A stretch of DNA of 64,000 bases, from contig OX597815.1 in NCBI GenBank assembly GCA_951406725.2, positions 35,526,001-35,590,000 of the forward strand. Direction: 5' to 3'. The position numbers and the translations under genes were made by a program. The notes beneath the pieces are model-generated. The model saw only the letters and a list, made by a program, of their open reading frames with translations, made no database searches and was not told the DNA's origin. Of this stretch, positions 61,913 to 64,000 are shown piece by piece (within the stretch, counting starts at the first letter, position 1; each line of letters starts with the position of its first letter). This DNA is from Octopus vulgaris (Eukaryota).

Positions 61913-64000
61913 GAATCATAACCTATCTTGGGATATCATCATAAAGGGTGGCAGATGGATTTTAGCTATATCTTTATATTTTTTTTGAGTTCATACCCTG
62001 CTGAAGCTGGCATAACTTTTATCCCATTTTCAAATATGTACCAATAAAATAAACTTGTTCTGCTCTTCAAAATCTACAGCTTTGTTTCAATATAAAAATT
62101 CTTTGATAGAACCTTTATATAAGGTGATGGATTAGCAGTAATGAGCACGTTGGAAAAACAGTATTTGTTCCAGCTCTTTATGTTCTGAGTTCAAATCCTC
62201 CCATGATCAGTTTTGTCTTTCACCCCTCCAGGGTTGATAAAGTTAAATCAATATCAGTCAAGTACTAGAGGTAATAGTTTCAAGTAACCCCTCCCCTCAA
62301 AACTATTGGCCTTGTGTTTAATTTATAAAAAAATTATTTGAACCTTTTGTAAGTGATGGAAGCAGTCAGACATTAATCTAAATACTTTAGAGACATCAAA
62401 CAATATTACTTGCTTATTTAATTCTGGTGCTTTACATTCTGAGATCAAATCTTACAAAGGCTGACTTTATCTTTTGGGGTCAATAAAATAAAATACCTGT
62501 CAAGCAACTAGAGTTGATTTCATTGACTATATGCTCCTTTAGAATTCTGGTCTTGGGCCAATAGTTTGAGTTCATTTCCATTCAGAGTCTACTCTATTTT
62601 CCATCCCTGCAGCCTCAATAAAATACCAAAAAATATGTTATGGTCAAATTTATTAAATAATATTTTTATATTAAAACAATTAGTGAAGGGACAGACAAAA
62701 ACACTGGAATGTTAAAGTATGTGTCAAGTTGTATTTAATTTCATACGTCAACATTTTAATTTCAAATCCCACTGGAATCAATTTTCAGCCTTTTATCTTC
62801 TAAAAGTCACTAAAATAAGTACCAAATACATGATGTAATTGACTTAAATGACATTACCCATCCCTACACATCTTTGGCCCTGTGCTGAAACTAAATATTA
62901 TCTAAGCATTCTTCTGCCTCAATAATGATTTCTAACAGTCAAAATTGCCATATATCATAAGGAAAGAAAGCAAGTTATTGATGAACCCCATTATTTAAGA
63001 GTATTCAACATTACAGGTTACGTCAATACAATTTTGACATATTGTTTTATATGTTAAAATTCCATCATGAAGCCAATTATTAAATGAAATACAATATTTC
63101 AACAGAGCTAATTCATTGTGCTAAGAGAAAAACCACAGTTCAAGGTCACTGGTGAAAGTTTGCATTGGCAAAACTACTTAATAAGATTCATAAAACAAGG
63201 AGGGGATCAGTTTTGATATTTCTCATCTCATCCATGTGTATACTAGTTTTTTGAACCGGTACATGTTAACCCTGTGTTGTAGGAAGTTGTATTAGGAAAG
63301 GCATCCTGCTATAAACCAATGTCCCACAAAAGTTCAATCTTGTTCATCCTGGCACAGGAAAGCAGACATAAAAACAATGACTTTGTCACAAGTACCATCG
63401 ACTATAACAAATATTCTCCTCACAAACTTAATTTATGAATGTTATGTCATAGAGTAGTTTCCACTGTTAAATGAAATAGTATATTCCTTTGAATATGCTA
63501 TGATATGCTGTTTATTTACACTACTGTAGATTTGGCTTCTCTTAACCATTTTACCCAAGTAGTGATATTCGTGAATAATGAACTTCCCCTTTCCCTCATA
63601 CTTTTACTCCTCATCTTCTAGTGTACAGCTGTTCCTTTGGAGTTCATAGTGTTGCAAGTTGCATTGCAACCTCAGTAATGCTGGTGGTATGGAAAAGTAT
63701 CTAATACACACTATAAAGTGGTTGGTATTTGGAAAGGCATCCATCTGTAGAAACCATGCCGAAGCAGACACTGCAATACAATGCAGTCTTTGGCCCCATC
63801 AGATCCCTTCAAACTATTCAACCCATGCCAGTATGGAACATGTACATTAAATTATGATGGTGGTGATGATGATGAACCCTTACACACTAACATGTAATAG
63901 ATATGATCCAATGACCAACAGATATTTACTAATATATGTTTATTTATATGTACTAATTTTCAAATGCTTTTCAGAACATTTTCCATGGTTCTATGAGTCT
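27937..64000 (+). CDS. PYROXD2: Pyridine nucleotide-disulphide oxidoreductase domain-containing protein 2 (phytoene-desaturase-like FAD oxidoreductase), spliced, 3'-partial
   Basis: 15 exons with consistent phases, listed individually below. The translation has [13 protein letters not shown], [14 protein letters not shown], [56 protein letters not shown] and NIFHG. Exon junctions match those I recall for vertebrate PYROXD2. Confidence 0.93.
28890..29060 (+). mobile_element. Tigger-like MITE left end
   Basis: TA|CAGTAATAGTTCACTTTACAAG with repeated TTTACGAG subterminal motifs. Confidence 0.45.
29400..29516 (-). mobile_element. Merlin/ISXO2 (IS1595-like) transposase fragment
   Basis: Minus-strand translation [28 protein letters not shown] matches the VNHxxNFVDPxTGxHTxxIESxW motif. 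Confidence 0.65.
29515..30300. mobile_element. tRNA/CORE-type SINE, family B, with internal (TA)/(TG) microsatellite: copies at 29515-29775(-) and 29990-30300(+)
   Basis: GTGGCTGTGTGGTAAG head, CCTTGGGCAAGTGTCT core, GAAACAAGTAAAAGAG tail. Further copies at about 5365-5485, 33890-34235, 44135-44760, 51500-51862, 56640-57015 and 59800-60030. Confidence 0.8.
30463..30482 (+). CDS. PYROXD2: PYROXD2 20-nt microexon (G-HNGLIT)
   Basis: Long pyrimidine tract, tttcag acceptor, gtaagt donor; completes the GxGxxG Rossmann motif. Confidence 0.9.
31193..31286 (+). CDS. PYROXD2: PYROXD2 exon ([32 protein letters not shown])
   Basis: ttcgcag acceptor and gtaagt donor. Confidence 0.94.
31611..31745 (+). 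mobile_element. Degenerate copy of the hammerhead-bearing tail of the 38967-39285 element
   Basis: AATGAGAACC...ATGAAGGC...CAGCCGAAAC...AACAAGATGAGGAC...TGTACATAATTCCTCATCTC...ATATAGAA aligns by eye with the reverse complement of 38967-39125. Confidence 0.75.
32138..32211 (+). CDS. PYROXD2: PYROXD2 exon ([24 protein letters not shown])
   Basis: ttctag acceptor and gtatat donor. Confidence 0.94.
33520..33865 (-). mobile_element. Penelope-like element GIY-YIG endonuclease fragment
   Basis: [32 protein letters not shown]...[13 protein letters not shown]. Confidence 0.85.
34925..36480 (-). mobile_element. RTE LINE RT fragment, frameshifted
   Basis: ORFs 35274-35756 ([20 protein letters not shown]), 35677-36102 ([16 protein letters not shown]) and 36071-36409. 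Confidence 0.92.
37237..37392 (+). CDS. PYROXD2: PYROXD2 exon ([16 protein letters not shown]...[10 protein letters not shown])
   Basis: ttccag acceptor and gtaaag donor. Confidence 0.93.
37608..37653. repeat. (CA)n microsatellite
   Basis: Pure CA run ending about 26 nt before the exon at 37680. Confidence 0.95.
37680..37833 (+). CDS. PYROXD2: PYROXD2 exon ([23 protein letters not shown]...FGKS)
   Basis: tttcag acceptor and gtaagt donor; DPLLD motif. Confidence 0.9.
38345..38966 (+). mobile_element. Decayed RTE RT fragment
   Basis: [13 protein letters not shown] and LLYADDL coding sequence, in the opposite orientation to 34925-36480. Confidence 0.85.
38967..39285 (-). mobile_element. tRNA-headed short retroelement with a (TAA)n linker and a hammerhead-containing tail
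   Basis: A-box TGGCATAGTGG (39283-39273), B-box GTTCGATTCC (39238-39229), (TAA/CAA)n at 39215-39141, then a unique tail. Confidence 0.75.
39047..39092 (-). ncRNA. Minimal type I hammerhead ribozyme motif (Penelope-type)
   Basis: 5'-GACAC CUGAUGA A GGCUG gaggguauau CAGCC GAAA C GUU GUGUU-3'. Intact core; stem I GACAC/GUGUU; stem II GGCUG/CAGCC; palindromic loopless stem III AACGUU. Confidence 0.72.
40438..40499 (+). CDS. PYROXD2: PYROXD2 exon ([20 protein letters not shown])
   Basis: tttttag acceptor and gttagt donor; 62 nt, phase consistent. Confidence 0.88.
40505..41360 (-). mobile_element. Heavily decayed retroelement, possibly Penelope-like
   Basis: Strand-skewed composition and broken reading frames resembling the Penelope post-RT/endonuclease region; no intact motif. 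Confidence 0.35.
42506..42603 (+). CDS. PYROXD2: PYROXD2 exon ([33 protein letters not shown])
   Basis: tttcag acceptor and gtaagt donor. Confidence 0.94.
43510..43815 (+). mobile_element. tRNA-derived SINE, family C (CORE-like segment plus 3' body shared with 54201-54587)
   Basis: TGGCTTAGTGGTT A-box, GTTCAATTCC B-box, GTCCTTGAGCAAGACACT, then GTTAAGGGTACATGTGTCTGTGGAG. Confidence 0.65.
45536..45677 (+). CDS. PYROXD2: PYROXD2 exon ([26 protein letters not shown]...IFTNK)
   Basis: ttacag acceptor and gtattg donor. Confidence 0.95.
45930..46145. mobile_element. Decayed relative of the 1773-1982 piggyBac-type MITE, opposite orientation
   Basis: AACCTTTTTGTGACTGTATTT start and GGTTAA end; internal similarity to the reverse complement of 1773-1982. 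Confidence 0.5.
46600..46855 (-). mobile_element. piggyBac transposase C-terminal fragment
   Basis: [16 protein letters not shown]...[23 protein letters not shown] matches the MGGVDxxDQ...KWW...NAxxxY region. Confidence 0.75.
47114..47336. mobile_element. mariner-type MITE
   Basis: GGGGTGCTGTAAAGTTCCTGGCTT ... AAGCCAGGAACTTTTCAGGAGCCCCCTCATA followed by TA. Confidence 0.65.
47952..48083 (+). CDS. PYROXD2: PYROXD2 exon ([20 protein letters not shown]...[16 protein letters not shown])
   Basis: ttccag acceptor and gtcagt donor. Confidence 0.93.
48345..48443. repeat. 22-bp minisatellite, 4-5 copies
   Basis: CAAGATGTTTGATGTGATATAA-like units in tandem. Confidence 0.8.
48700..49068 (+). mobile_element. 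CR1/L2-like LINE 3' end with (ATT)n tail
   Basis: [24 protein letters not shown]...SFK, then 3' UTR and (ATT)n. Confidence 0.75.
50031..50103 (+). CDS. PYROXD2: PYROXD2 exon ([24 protein letters not shown])
   Basis: tttcag acceptor and gtaag donor. Confidence 0.93.
50828..51070 (-). mobile_element. RTE-derived tail, antisense to PYROXD2
   Basis: (CAT)n followed by the reverse complement of the conserved tail and one array unit. Confidence 0.8.
51293..51449 (+). CDS. PYROXD2: PYROXD2 exon ([14 protein letters not shown]...[11 protein letters not shown]...GYPSRK)
   Basis: ttttag acceptor and gtaata donor; overlaps ORF 51247-51453. Confidence 0.93.
52668..53277 (+). mobile_element. RTE LINE 3' part, truncated in the array
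   Basis: [13 protein letters not shown]...GRGRPRKTW coding, start of array. Confidence 0.85.
54201..54587 (+). mobile_element. Young CpG-intact tRNA-derived SINE inserted in (TA)n
   Basis: TGGCCCAGTGG A-box, TTTCGATTCCC B-box, (TA)n on both flanks; second copy of the head at 60283-60480. Confidence 0.82.
54676..54830 (+). CDS. PYROXD2: PYROXD2 exon ([32 protein letters not shown]...YADI)
   Basis: T-tract with gaaag acceptor; gtaag donor. Confidence 0.94.
55770..56197 (+). mobile_element. RTE-derived 3' UTR array and tail
   Basis: Array units and (GAT)n tail; an older copy lies at 55280-55590. Confidence 0.82.
56234..56617. mobile_element. Tigger/pogo-type MITE in (TA)n
   Basis: TA|CAGTAGAACCTCACAGTACGAA ... 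TTCTACTGCAAGGTTTCACTG|TA. Confidence 0.7.
58536..59120 (-). mobile_element. RTE-derived 3' UTR array and tail, antisense
   Basis: Reverse complement of the 15200-15750 and 55770-56197 type sequence. Confidence 0.82.
60766..60814. repeat. (TA)n microsatellite
   Basis: Pure TA run ending about 25 nt before the exon at 60840; other TA runs at 60176-60208, 56207-56233 and 54179-54200. Confidence 0.95.
60840..60946 (+). CDS. PYROXD2: PYROXD2 exon ([36 protein letters not shown])
   Basis: ttccag acceptor and gtgagt donor. Confidence 0.94.
61279..61880 (-). mobile_element. R4/Dong-like non-LTR retrotransposon 3' fragment (restriction-like endonuclease)
   Basis: [10 protein letters not shown]...ILWD...HRKPDIVVV...[18 protein letters not shown]; abuts (TAT)n at 61881-61911 and a short TAT run at about 61274. 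Confidence 0.8.
63975..64000 (+). CDS. PYROXD2: PYROXD2 exon start (NIFHGSMS...), cut off by window end
   Basis: ttttcag acceptor; NIFHG motif. Confidence 0.88.

Overview
AT-rich, repeat-dense eukaryotic genomic DNA. It is most likely an octopus or other coleoid cephalopod, inferred from the SINE/RTE families rather than proven. Three nuclear genes for mitochondrial proteins are present. (1) WARS2, mitochondrial Trp-tRNA synthetase: + strand, six coding exons at 1417-12763, first exon upstream of the window. (2) MRPL49: - strand, intronless, 19615-20184. (3) PYROXD2: + strand, 15 well-supported coding exons from about 27.9 kb to beyond the window end, plus a tentative first exon at 24774-24817. 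Almost all other ORFs in the track are spurious or transposon relics. Introns and intergenic DNA hold RTE LINE fragments whose 3' UTR has a variable-copy hairpin array, several tRNA-derived SINE families, and relics or MITEs of mariner, Tigger/pogo, piggyBac and Merlin type. There are also Penelope GIY-YIG relics, a CR1/L2 tail and an R4/Dong-like fragment. The most unusual item is a tRNA-headed short retroelement (38967-39285, - strand) carrying a minimal Penelope-type hammerhead ribozyme. It has an inverted partial copy beside it and a core-damaged sense-strand relative at about 31611-31745. All calls come from reading and hand-translating the sequence; no searches were run.
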